A DNA stretch of 20,000 nt from Chiloscyllium plagiosum (GCF_004010195.1 NC_057719.1:77427470-77447469), one strand, 5' to 3'; positions 10,056 to 20,000 are shown, counted from the first letter of the stretch. Program-made: numbers and translations. Notes: generated by a model not told the origin, from the sequence alone.

Positions 10056-11408
10056 TATCTATGGAAAGAGGCATATTAATGACTTAAATTGTGTTTGTAG
10101 TTCAAAAACATCAGGGTGAAGCAGGACAAACAAGTTAAGTCACTCTTTGTTGGACTGTGTGGTTGCCTGTGCTGGACTGTAAAGAATGAGAATGAGAGCA
10201 AGAGACCAGCTTTTGGTATGTGGGTGTGGTGAAGGATGCTTCGAATCAAGTGATTGGACTCCAAGGTAATAAGTGAGTTAGGTCAAGAGCAGAATGTAAG
10301 GAATCAGTTGAGTTTTTACATTTATTTGGAGAAAGAATGACAAACATTGGAGATTAAAACCCGTCAGCTTTGTCCTTGCAATAATTTAGAGGGAAATTGA
10401 GCATAAAACCAGAAACGAAAGAAGAAAGTTTAGATGGGTAGATAACATTGTGCCTGAACTGAGGAACACCTGAGGAAGGCTGGAGGGGAAACAAGGCAAT
10501 GTCTGTGGCCCCGCTCTGGCTGTGGTGAAACCTTTGCACCCTGGTCCTTACAACTCAATTGCTCAATTAAAGCAGTCACTATCCTAATACAAACCAGAGT
10601 GTGCAGTCTGTTCTTCAGCCACTATTAATGAAAATGTCCCCATTCTATCAAATGATGAAGAGCACCTTGAAGTGATATCTGCAGTTCAGCGGACATGAAG
10701 TCAAATTTAATTGCTCACCTTTGATATAATACAATAGTTTAGTATTTGTATTGATCTTTTTCTTGAAATGACACCTTTGGTATTATGGGTTGGCGTGTGC
10801 TGTATCCCACTGAGTATTCCAGCAATAGAAAGATCTCAAAGATGTCACATCAGTTCCCAGCTCTCTTTTTCAGGGTTTTATTATATCAGTAAAGATATCC
10901 CTTATGGCTTACCCATACACTGGGGCAGACATACGCTTTTCTATAGTAATATAATTGTATTGACATGGAGATTATGAACTGGAGACAGCTCTATTTGCCT
11001 AACTTTCCAAATGCAGTTAGTCTAATCATTCAATTTATGTTTGCTTGAGATGATTTAGAATTATTACTCCCAACTACTTATCAGTAACTCCAGCTGTTTT
11101 AACAAATCTTGCCTCTAAAACATATCATATCTTCTTAGGCTAGAACCTTAAAATCCAATGGTATGCATTATATGTGATCCACCTCATGCTGTTTCATGTA
11201 ATGAAGACATTAAGAGTGAATGATGGTTATTGGGGTTTTCCCTGGATTTTTCCATAAACTTTATTATGGGATATGAGCGCCCTTGCAAGAGCATCTGTAC
11301 TCACCCTACTTTCACAAAGGAAACTTCTTCACTGATCGTGTTATCCTTTTCATAAAGATAGGACATGGACAGCTGGAGAAGGTGAGGAGATGCCTGATGT
11401 TGCTTAAT

Positions 11409-12487
11409 AAGAACAAAGAACAAAGAAAATTTACAGCCCAGGAACAGGCCCTTCGGCCCTCCAAGCCTGAACTGATCCAAATGTACTGTCTAAACCTGCC
11501 GGTCAATTCCTATGCATCTGTATCTCACTGTTCCCCATCTACTCCCCCCTCAATCTTTTTTCTAATGAAAATAAACCTAACCTACTCAACCTCTCTTCAT
11601 AGCTAGCACCTTCCATACCAGGCAACATCCTCATAAACATTCTCTGCACCCTCTCCAAAGTGTTCACATCCTTTTGGTAATGTGACAACCAGAACTGTAC
11701 ACAGTATTCTAAATGCGGCCGAACCAATGTCTTGTACAATTTTAACATGACTTGCCAGCTCTTATACTCAATACCCCGTGCAATGAAGGCAAGCATACTA
11801 TATGTCTTCTTGACCACTCTATCCACCTGTGCAGCAACCTTCAAGGTACAATGGTCCTGCACTCCCAGATCTCTCTGCCCATCAACTTTTCCCAAGGCTC
11901 TTCCATTCATTGTATAATTCGCTCTAGAATTAGACTTGCCTAAATGCATCACCTCACATTTGTCTGGATTGAAAACCATCTGCCACGTTTCCGCCTAACT
12001 CTCCAGTCTATCTATATCCTCCTGTATTCTCTGACAGTCCCTTATGCTTTCTGCTACTCCACCAATCTACATGTCATGTGCAAACTTGCTGATCATACCA
12101 ATGGTGCCCTCTTCCAGATCATTTATGTATATTACAAACAACAGTGGCCCCAACACTGACCCCTGTCGAACACCACTGGTCACTTTTTCCATTTCAAGAA
12201 ACTCCCTTCAACTACTACTCTCTGTTTCCTGTTGCTCAACCAGTTCTTTATCCACCTAGCTAGAACACCCTGCACACCATGTGACTTCACTTTCTCCATT
12301 AGTCTACCATGGGAAACCTTATCAAACGCCTTACTAAAATCTATGTATATGACATCAACCGCCCTTCCTTCATCTATCAACTTGGTCACTTCCTCAGAGA
12401 ACTTTATTAAGTTGGTAAGGCACGATCTCCCCCACACAAAACTATGTTGCCTATCACTGATAAGCCCATTCTTTTCCAAATATAAAT
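11409..12487 (-). mobile_element. 5'-truncated CR1 LINE with an internal deletion near 11550
   Basis: (GAACAAA)n-type tail. ORFs 12180-12608 (QHSFVWGRSCLTNL..YIDFSKAFDKVSH) and 11539-11979 (FNPDKCEVMHLG..YKTLVRPHLEYCVQFW..LGLFSLEKRLRG). Confidence 0.95.
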
Positions 12488-12944
12488 ATGGAAATATTAT
12501 AATGTGGAAATCCCAATCACCAGCAGAATGTGGCAGGTTAAAATCAGAAGTGGTGAAGGAGGTTACAGATCTGGCCAGGTTAAGGAACCCATTAATTTTT
12601 AACAACACGACCGACTGGTTTCTGCCCAGCAGTTAGGGTCAAAATAAGCCCCAAGTACCGATACTACACTTACTGTCCTTACTGAGATTCACTAACCTGC
12701 AGTGACCAGCTACCGATTTGTTAATTTTGTAGTTCAGTTCCTTAACAACAACCACTTCCCCAATGAGCCACTCTGGCATTGTCTCAGTTTACCTTGTTTG
12801 TGGCTCAGTGGACAAAGAAATATTTGAACTTTGATTTCCATTGAAATTGTCATACCACACTCCTAAAAAGGACTGTTCATATTGTGTTAATGACTGATCA
12901 CAGTAAAACTTAAGCAAAGTTGGGCAATTAATTATTAGTCATTA

Positions 12945-13120
12945 TCAACGGGTGCATTCGCCATGGTAAAACCTCCACCAATCAAAGTGCAATTGCCACC
13001 CAATCATCACTCTCCTCACACAGTATGAATACTGTTCTCTTTTACTTCCATATTTTCTGTGTATTGCCCTGATGACAGCAAGACAAAAGGCTTCAATAAA
13101 ATGTGTCTTTTTTTGAGCTT
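12945..13120 (+). mobile_element. probable Penelope pseudo-LTR-like repeat with CCAAT/TATA-like motifs and a decayed hammerhead motif
   Basis: Two CCAATCA motifs (~12977, ~12999), CAGTATGAATA at 13021, then CTGATGA (13069-13075)-CAGCAAGAC-AAAAGGCTTC-AATA. The family resemblance is recalled from memory only. Confidence 0.4.
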
Positions 13121-14030
13121 TACACATTGCATCCTACATTGCTGCGGACTACTCTAAAAAGTAATGTAGCTCTGCATATTTTAATTAGATCACTATCTGG
13201 CTCATGCATTGAGATCATAAATCTTGTTCCTAATATTTCCACAGCATCGGCAACTTTGCGTCCATTTGCTTTGTCAGTCTGCTTCAACTAGCAGTAATTT
13301 TGTAGGTCATATTCAGGGCAGAAAATTAATCTGTCTTGATGTTTTCTTGGACTTGCTCAAGAGTCATGATTGAATAGTTCCAACCAGCTTTGGGGTGTTT
13401 CCAACACAGTAAATGGAATTATACAAACATAGAAGTCTCAGTGCAGCTTAGGGTTAGCAATGATGCAAGGATAATGGAATCAACTTAAGCTCTCATGATT
13501 GCAATGATACTACAATCCAATGACCATTTTTTTTAAAAAACCTGTAAATTATATACGTTGCGAAAGGTAATTTTAGACTGTTTCAGAGCTAACTGCCAAA
13601 CAGGTACATGGCCAGAGCCAAGCAGACCCATCCTTGATTCCAACTTAATTAGGTATTCACGTCAAAGGCAATTGTATTTATTCAAGTGTTTTCCACATTA
13701 ACAGGGCCTCCCAGCTCCAGCAGTGAACAGTGTTAAGAGCTGATTCAGCAAATTTTGTTTCATCAGACTCTGAACCAGTCAAGGTCATTGCTTTTCTTGT
13801 TTGTTCAGAGGGTGAGGGATACTAAGAGAAAAAGAGACATTATTTAATCTCTCCCTTTTGTATGGTTTCAAAAGCTGAAAGAAATCTTAAGGAACAATCA
13901 GTTGTGTGGGGTGGAATAGAATTGAGGTCCTGAAACCGCACCCATCACAAAATGACAAGGAGGGTTGCAAATAGGAAGAGGATATAGAATGACTGAGTGA
14001 ATAAATAGATTGGATAATAGCAAATTAGAA

Positions 14031-14522
14031 GTGGCACAGTGGCTCAGTGGTTAGCACTGCTGCCTTACAGTACCAGGGGCCTGAGTTCAATTCCAGCCTC
14101 GGGTGACTGTGGAGTTTGCAAATTCTCCCTGCGTCTGTGTGGGTTTCCCCTGGGTGCTTTGCCCCATCCCTCTCCCATTTATCTTTCAGCCCCCTTGGGC
14201 CAAAGCCTCATTCCTGATGAAGGGCGTACGCTCAAAACGTCGATTCTCTTGCTCCTCAGATGCTGCCTGACTGGCTATGCTTTTCCAGCACCACACTCTT
14301 CGACTCTTTCCTCCCACAGTCTAATGATGTGCAAGTTAGGTAGATTGGCTATATTAAATTACCCATAGCATTCAGGGATGTGTAGGTTAGGTGCATTAGC
14401 CATGGGAAATGCAGGGTTATAGAGACAGAGTATGGGGATGGGTCTGAGTGAGATGTTGTTCACGGGATTGGTGTAGACTTATTGGGCCGAATAGCCCATT
14501 TCCACACAACGGGAAGTCTATT
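14031..14522 (+). mobile_element. HE1-like tRNA-derived V-SINE, interrupted by a ~146-bp insertion at 14161-14306
   Basis: A box GTGGCTCAGTGG, B box GAGTTCAATTCC, V-domain GTGGAGTTTGCA.ATTCTCCCTGCGTCTGTGTGGGTTTCC...TTCCTCCCACAGTC, and a CR1-like 3' tail (TTGGGCCGAATAGCCC). Homologous to the SINE at 16018-16310. Confidence 0.92.
14161..14306 (+). mobile_element. Penelope-like terminus with a minimal hammerhead motif, nested in the SINE
   Basis: CATTC-CTGATGA-A-GGGCGTACGCTC-AAAACGTC-GATTC..GATGCTGCCTGAC..CTTTTCCAGCA; homologous to 9965-10055 and 18043-18130. Confidence 0.85.
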
Positions 14523-16017
14523 TAAAAAATTGAAAATGTTATCATGGAAAAGAGTTGAGATATGACTACTGCATTTAGGATTCATAAGGACCTAAATAAT
14601 GTCAACAATAGCAAGATGTTTCATCTTGTCTGCTGAAGTCGAAGCAAAGGTCATGGTCTCTGCTTAAGGAGGTGACAGAGGAGGGTGGCTACAGAGAGTA
14701 ATTGAAAATTGATTTGAGAAAACAAAATGGATTAAATTTTGTTCCTGAGTCCTGATCCCTTACCTAGGGTGAAATGCAGCTCAAGACCACAGAAATAACA
14801 GAGACAGGATCCCAAAAGGTGATTTTAGAGGGGATGACCAATCAAAAGACTGCCTCAGAGACCTCTATCCAATTAAAAAGAGCAAGCAAGCTTCAGAACA
14901 GGGAGAACCAGCTGGATCACTGGAGATTCTTGGTGGCCAGCCCTGGGAGGCCACTGTGCCAGGCTGGGCAGTCGCCAAGTCGCCGGAGGCTGGGAGTTAT
15001 CGGAGACAGGAGGGTGGAAGAGAAAAAAATCCCTAATAGAAAAGAAAAATGAGAAGAAAAGGAGAAGAAGAATGGGCAGAGTGGATGAGCTCAGGCTGGA
15101 GTGTCCTTCTCCATCTCCAGGATGGGGTTCCATTCCATGAAAATGAGCTGAGTGGCAGAGATGCCCACACAAAGTCTCAGGAAGGTGATAGCTTCAACCT
15201 TGGTGAGCAGTAGATAGGTTTATTACATATTATCTCACAGCTAGCTGCATTGCACCTAAGACACATCGGCCCGGATATCCTGAGAAGAGACAATCACTGT
15301 TGGATTGTCACTCAGCTCACTTCCCTGGAATTCTCAACTACAAACGTGGTGCATAGCTGAAACCAACACAATTGCCCCGAAGTGCAGAATAATTGGGATG
15401 TCAAATTGTGCTCCATTTTGCAGCAGTTGTTTACTGCATTCTGAGATTTCAATGTCCAACAGCACAGCCAGACAGCTCCAATGAAAGGGTAGGAATGTAA
15501 AGTAAATGTGGGGTGAGATTGGCAACTGGACTTAGAGTGCCAGGTGGGTACAGTGGGAGGGCGGCATGTTGGTCAGGTGCCAAATAAGTAGAATGTCAAA
15601 TGAATAGGGTATCAAGTGGGGAAAGTAAGATAGTTTGCATGATACGTGTGTAAGATTTCAGTGTTCTAGGGACATAGAGTGTCATGTTAAGTGATGGAGT
15701 GCTTCAGTTGTGTCAATAGTCATGGGGGTGTGCTAGGCCCAAATAGCAGTGTTTAGGGTCGAAATGTTGAGACAGGCAAGGGGGACTCTGTAAGCTCCCA
15801 CAGGTTTGCATTGTGAGGGCTGAGTTTAGGATTGACAGCAAAATGGAATTTCTCCATGCAAAGAGCAACTAACACTGGGAATAGTGTTGCACAGTGCAAA
15901 CACAGAGTGATAGAGGATTTTTCTTCAAGCAAATGAACTAAGATGTCAGAATTGCTACTTGTTTCTTTATCCATGTTGTGAACTGAAGTCAGGAGATTCA
16001 AGAATGGTCAGCAAATT

Positions 16018-16310
16018 TGATTAGATTAGATTCCCTACAGTGTGGAAACAGGCTTTTTGGCCCAACCAGTCCACACCAACCCTCCGAAGAGTAACCCACC
16101 CAGACCCACTTCTCTCTGACTAATTGACCTTACACGATGGGGCAATTTAGCATGGCCAATTCACCTGACCTGCACATCTTTGGACTGTGGGAGGAAACCA
16201 GAGCCGCCGGAGGAAACCCAGGCAGACACGGGGAGAATGAGGCTGGAATCGAACCTGGGACCCTGGTGCTGTGAGGCAGCAGTTCTAACCACTGAGCCAC
16301 CGTCCCACCC
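16018..16310 (-). mobile_element. HE1-like tRNA-derived V-SINE
   Basis: Reverse complement starts GGGTGGGACGGTGGCTCAGTGGTTAGAACTGCTGCCTCACAGCACCAGGGTCCCAGGTTCGATTCC (A and B boxes), continues through the V-domain, and ends in a (TCTAA)n tail. Confidence 0.94.
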
Positions 16311-16519
16311 TAAATTAATCAACAAACTAACACTGAAATAAAAGATCAGAATCAAAATAAGTAGATCAGAAATCTGTTTCACTTTTAAGATCATATCGCT
16401 GATATGTTCTTTCAAATTTAGTGTTTTGTTTTCAATGGAGCCTACAGGAAACGAAAAATGAATATGTGAAAATTTCCATGATGTGAAGCAAAGTCAATTT
16501 GCAGAAGCATGGTCAGCAT

Positions 16520-16646
16520 TTGAAAATAACAAAAGCAGAAAACCCTCGAGAAACATAGCAAGTCTGGCAGCATCTATGAAGAGAAAAGAGAATTAATTGT
16601 TCGAGTCTATGACTATGACTCGATGAGTCCAATGACCTTTATTCAG
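16520..16646 (-). mobile_element. decayed Penelope-like terminus with a hammerhead relic carrying a duplicated stem II
   Basis: Reverse complement is CTGAATAAAGGTCATTGGACTCATCGAGTCATAGTCATAGACTCGAACAATTAATTCTCTTTTCTCTTCATAGATGCTGCCAGACTTGCT, homologous to 18811-18910. Confidence 0.7.
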
Positions 16647-16719
16647 TGCATCTCCTAACTATATTGGTGTTGACAGATGCATCTATGATTGACTGATTAG
16701 TTAGGACAATGTGTTTGTG

Positions 16720-17270
16720 TTTTTTGCCTTCTCATTGGTTCCCCACTTGCTACCACAGGTCCAGTGTGACAGCTGTCTTCTCCAGGCCTCAACCAACTCA
16801 GACAGCAATGCTGCTCCTCAGCATTGAGCTCTAGGTGATTTGCATTGAAGACCCACATCCAGGGTACATTCTGTTCACTTGATTCCCTCAGTTCTTCCTC
16901 CGAATAAGGCTCAGCATCAAGGAGCACTGATTCGTCAGCTGACAGACAGCAATACCTGAACATCAGCAAGGTTATCTTTCCTTGTGTTTGACCTGATGGC
17001 ATGATTCATCATCGGGTAAAAGTTAAGGGCACTTGTGGCAATTCTGTCCCAACTCTGCGCCATTGTACCGACATCTCTGTCAGGTCAATCCTGCCAGTGG
17101 AACAGAACTTACCCAGGGATGGTGAGGGAGGAGTCTGAGACATTGGTTGGCATGCGTGATTCTGACCATGTCAGGTTGTTGCTTTAGCAGACTGGGACAG
17201 CTCTTCCAAATTTGGCACGAGACCTCAGAATTTGGTGAGAAGGACCTTGAATGATCTACAGTGTGTGTCG
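16720..17270 (-). mobile_element. decayed APE endonuclease domain of a non-LTR retrotransposon (clade uncertain)
   Basis: Minus strand reads GLVPNL.., KQQPDMV, SDSSLTIPG*VL, SADESVLLDAEPYSEEELRESSEQNVPWMWVFNANH, matching the APE motifs NVRGL, PD.V.LTE, IPGY and GDFN.HH. Confidence 0.75.
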
Positions 17271-18042
17271 AGGTCTACACCAGGTGGTCCTTCCAGATTC
17301 ATTCCGATTGTAAAGTAATATCAACATTTAATGGGGGAGATGAGAGAAAAGGACTAAAACAATGATTTGTTTTCATGAAAGCAAAGTGAGTTGACTGGTT
17401 GCAACTCGCCTTGCTGTAAATTGGCTGATATCCAATTTCTTAAACATCATGTAATTTGTTTTCAACATGCCAGAGGAAATGGTGTTCATTGTAGACAGAT
17501 GTTTAAAGAGAATTAATACAGTAACAACCAAGTGATTAAAGCAGCTTTCCATATAGGGATAATAAAGTCACCTTTCAGGATGCAAGTGTTCATATTACTT
17601 CAGCAAGTTGCTTTTTCTTTCCAACAGTAACTGTTTCCTTTCCACAGGGGTGAAAGTCCCTCAACTTTACTAAGGCATTCCAGGGCAGGGAGCCTCTCCA
17701 CCAGGTTGGCTTCAGCTATTAAACTACCAAAACACTATCTCACTTGCTACAACCAAGCACACTTCAGGATTCTGTCTGTCATGCCTACACTCAATCCAGT
17801 TGCCACAATAATCAGTAAATACAGACTGAGACAATTATGTTGAAAGTCTTGTGAGCAGATGAGAGCTCTGTCCTGAAAATATTTTGAATAACAGCAAAAA
17901 GTGGAAGGACAACAATAGTCTAGTGAATTGGGAGATTGAAGAATTATGATAACACAATCCTGTTACATTCCAGCAATGCATAAAGATCCCTTTTTGCACC
18001 ACTTTAACTTCAACAGCATTGCACTTGTCGACAGGAATAGGG

Positions 18043-18130
18043 CCTGATGAAGGGCTTTTGCCTGAAATGTCGATTTTCCTGCTCCTCGGATGCTACCTGA
18101 CATGCTGTGCTTTTCCAGCACCATTCTGAT
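18043..18130 (+). mobile_element. short Penelope-like terminus with the best-preserved minimal hammerhead core
   Basis: CTGATGA-A-GGGCTTTTGCCT-GAAA-TGTC-GATTTTCCTGCTCCTCGGATGCTACCTGACATGCTGTGCTTTTCCAGCA. Confidence 0.85.
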
Positions 18131-18300
18131 CTAGATTGATTGAAGTGCAGATAAATCACTTCTTCACCTGGAAGATGTCTTGGATGATGAGGAGGGAGGA
18201 GGTAAACAGGCAGGTGTTACACCTTCAGCAGGTGCATGGGAAGGTGCCCTTGGGGGTATGGGGTTGGGGGTGTTGGGAGTGGAGGAGGAGTGGATCAAGA
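18131..18300 (-). mobile_element. Penelope-like element, inverted 5' segment (Cys-rich linker upstream of the GIY-YIG domain)
   Basis: Minus strand reads GTFPCTC*RCNTCLFTSSLLIIQDIFQVKK*FICTSINL, the typical PLE linker (GTFPC..RCNTC...FTCTS.NLVY). Confidence 0.82.
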
Positions 18301-18912
18301 CCCTCTGTACATTGGGAAGATGAAACAACCACCTATCAGAACATTTACGTTCTGTCTGCAAGATTGTTCCCAGTTTGCCTGAACACAGTGTTCCCCAAGC
18401 CATAATATCTGTCTTGGTCTTGTTGCAGTGTTTCAGTGAGGCTCAGTGCAAGCTGGATGAACAGCATCCCGATTTCTGCTTGGGGATCCTGCAACCTTCA
18501 GGACTCAATATTGAGTTCAACCATTTTAGAACCTGTACACTTTCTTCCATGTCCTTTATGCACCCTCACACCCCAGGCCATGCCTTCGCATGGGCTGGTT
18601 TCATCTCAGCCAACCCATCTTTACTCACTAATGGATCCCAGTTAGGAGCTTTTTTTCTTCTCCCCAGCCTACTATTCCTTTGTCTGGTCAGCTGCTGATC
18701 TCTCTCCCTTGGCTCCATCTCCATCTATTGTTCACTCCATTTGCCTCCATCCTCCCTCCCCACCCTCAATCTTCAGCATAAATACTACCTTTCCCTAGCT
18801 ACGATGAGTTTTGAAGGAGGGTCACTGGATCTGAAATGTTAACTCTGCTTGCTCTCCACAGATACTGCCAGACCTTTTGAGGTTCTCCAGCAATTCTTAT
18901 TTTTGATTCAGA
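18301..18912 (+). mobile_element. Penelope-like element 3' part: GIY-YIG endonuclease C-terminus, 3' UTR and hammerhead-bearing terminus
   Basis: LYIG at 18305-18316 and SVLVLLQCFSEAQCKLDEQHPDFCLGILQPSGLNIEFNHFR (PLE C-terminal L.P.GLN motif). HHR relic at 18806-18845, followed by CCACAGATACTGCCAGACC..CTCCAGCAATT. Confidence 0.88.
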
Positions 18913-18926
18913 CTTCCTGTTTCTTG

Positions 18927-19185
18927 TCACAGGTTTAATGCTTTGAATAAGAAATTTTGCATGATCTGAAGAAAAACTTCTGTTTTTTAACGCAGCGTAT
19001 AGTAATAACCTGCAATTGGCTGCCTAGGAGGGTGGTCGAAGCAGTGATGAGTAATGATTTCAAAAGGAAGTTAGATAGGCACTTGAGGGAAATAAACTTG
19101 CTGAGCTATGTGGATAGGGCACTTAGGTATTCTACAGAGAGCTATCATAGAGACTCGATTGGCTGAATACCTTTCTTCTGTACCA
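18927..19185 (+). mobile_element. old CR1 LINE 3' end fragment
   Basis: ORF 18957-19166 reads FLTQRIVITCNWLPRRVVEAVMSNDFKRKLDRHL (CR1 FTQRVV..WN.LP..VVEA..FKR.LD), followed by a TCGATTGGCTGAATACCT 3' hairpin remnant. Confidence 0.85.
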
Positions 19186-19211
19186 ACAACTCTCCCTGGA
19201 GAGGGGTTACT

Positions 19212-19898
19212 GTGCTACCACTGAAAAGGAGATCCAACAAGTGACCAGCTGCACCAGCACAGCCCTCTACAAACTATCGCAGTAAATGTTTAACAGCAAA
19301 GACATCCAGAAGTCAATAAAAGTCTTAATACACAGAGTAGTCGTCAACACCAAATTCCTGTGAGGCCTGGACTGTATAGCTACATATAAGAATGTGACAG
19401 AAATATCAGCACTCAGTAGTCTCACATTATCCTCCGGATTCATTGGGAAACTGTCGAACAAATGCTTGAAACCATCTCTGTATGCATTCCGATAAAACTC
19501 CATCAAGATCAACTTCAATGGACTAGACCCGATATCCTGATGGGTGTAAATTGTCTCCCACCACGTGTCCTATTTCCTCAACTCTCCAAAGGTCAACATC
19601 CTGGAAAGGACAAAGAAAATTCTCCAAAGGCATTCTGAACCTCTCCTTGAAGTGTAGCACATTGATATTAATGACTGAGAGGAGCTGGCTGAAGATCTTG
19701 CAGATTGGCAACAACTTGTCCATCAAGCTGCATCATTCTTTGGGTCACAATGTTTTAATAATGAGGCAGAATGATGATGGCAGTGAAAGAAAGCAAAGAA
19801 AGCATTCTGGCTTACACTACCTTGAATTCTGACCCATATACCCATACGTACAAGGTCTTAAGATTGAGAATCTATTCAGTCACTTAAAGATCCATGAC
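19212..19898 (+). mobile_element. decayed RTE-clade LINE, ORF C-terminal part
   Basis: Plus strand across frameshifts reads EKEIQQVTSCTSTALYKL..FNSKDI..KVLIHRVVV, CEAWTV, ILRIHWE, DQLQWT, CLPPRVLFPQLSKG, KGQRKFSKGILNLSLKC and LFSHLKIH, matching RTE/BovB-type C-terminal motifs. Confidence 0.8.
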
Positions 19899-20000
19899 AG
19901 AATCTCATGACAGATGTTCACAGGTAAAGGGACAGCTGGAAAATGGGAAGCCCTCAGAAATGAGATAACAAGAATCCAGAGAAAGTATATTCCTGTCAGG

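Noticed and set aside
10634..10700. C/D-box snoRNA (ATGATGA with ATGTCC/GGACAT flanks)
   Set aside because: There is no CTGA D box next to the 3' stem, and the C box is too far from the 5' stem.
14031..14100. tRNA genes here and at 16240-16310
   Set aside because: These are SINE heads that run into the V-domain and have no acceptor stem.
14774..15172. Overlapping 92/99-aa ORFs
   Set aside because: No recognisable domain, low-complexity purine runs, and lengths expected by chance.
15250..15525. Possible Harbinger Myb/SANT-like remnant on the minus strand (PFHWSCLAVLLD)
   Set aside because: Similarity is too weak to support by eye, and the conserved Trp residues are not found. It needs an HMM search.

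Overview
Eukaryotic, repeat-dense, non-genic (intergenic or intronic) DNA. The repeats (HE1/V-SINE-like SINEs, HER1/CR1 LINEs, Penelope-like termini) point to a cartilaginous fish, probably a shark (inference). No intact host protein-coding gene is supportable, and the ORFs that can be identified are transposon debris or repeat artefacts. Contents: a 40-bp (2x20) minisatellite at 1-~1125 with an N gap; four CR1 fragments; a Rex1-like RT fragment; an RTE 3' fragment; an APE endonuclease fragment; two convergent, decayed PIF/Harbinger transposase remnants, one split by a CR1; two tRNA-derived HE1-like SINEs; and a Penelope-like element with an inverted 5' part. The most striking signal is up to six minimal hammerhead-ribozyme (HHR) motifs (CUGANGA-stem II-GAAA-palindromic stem III-NUH), five carried on Penelope-type termini and one more tentative. 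Three are ~90-130-bp solo insertions whose 5' edge lies at the catalytic core. Family assignments come from recalled motifs, not from database searches.
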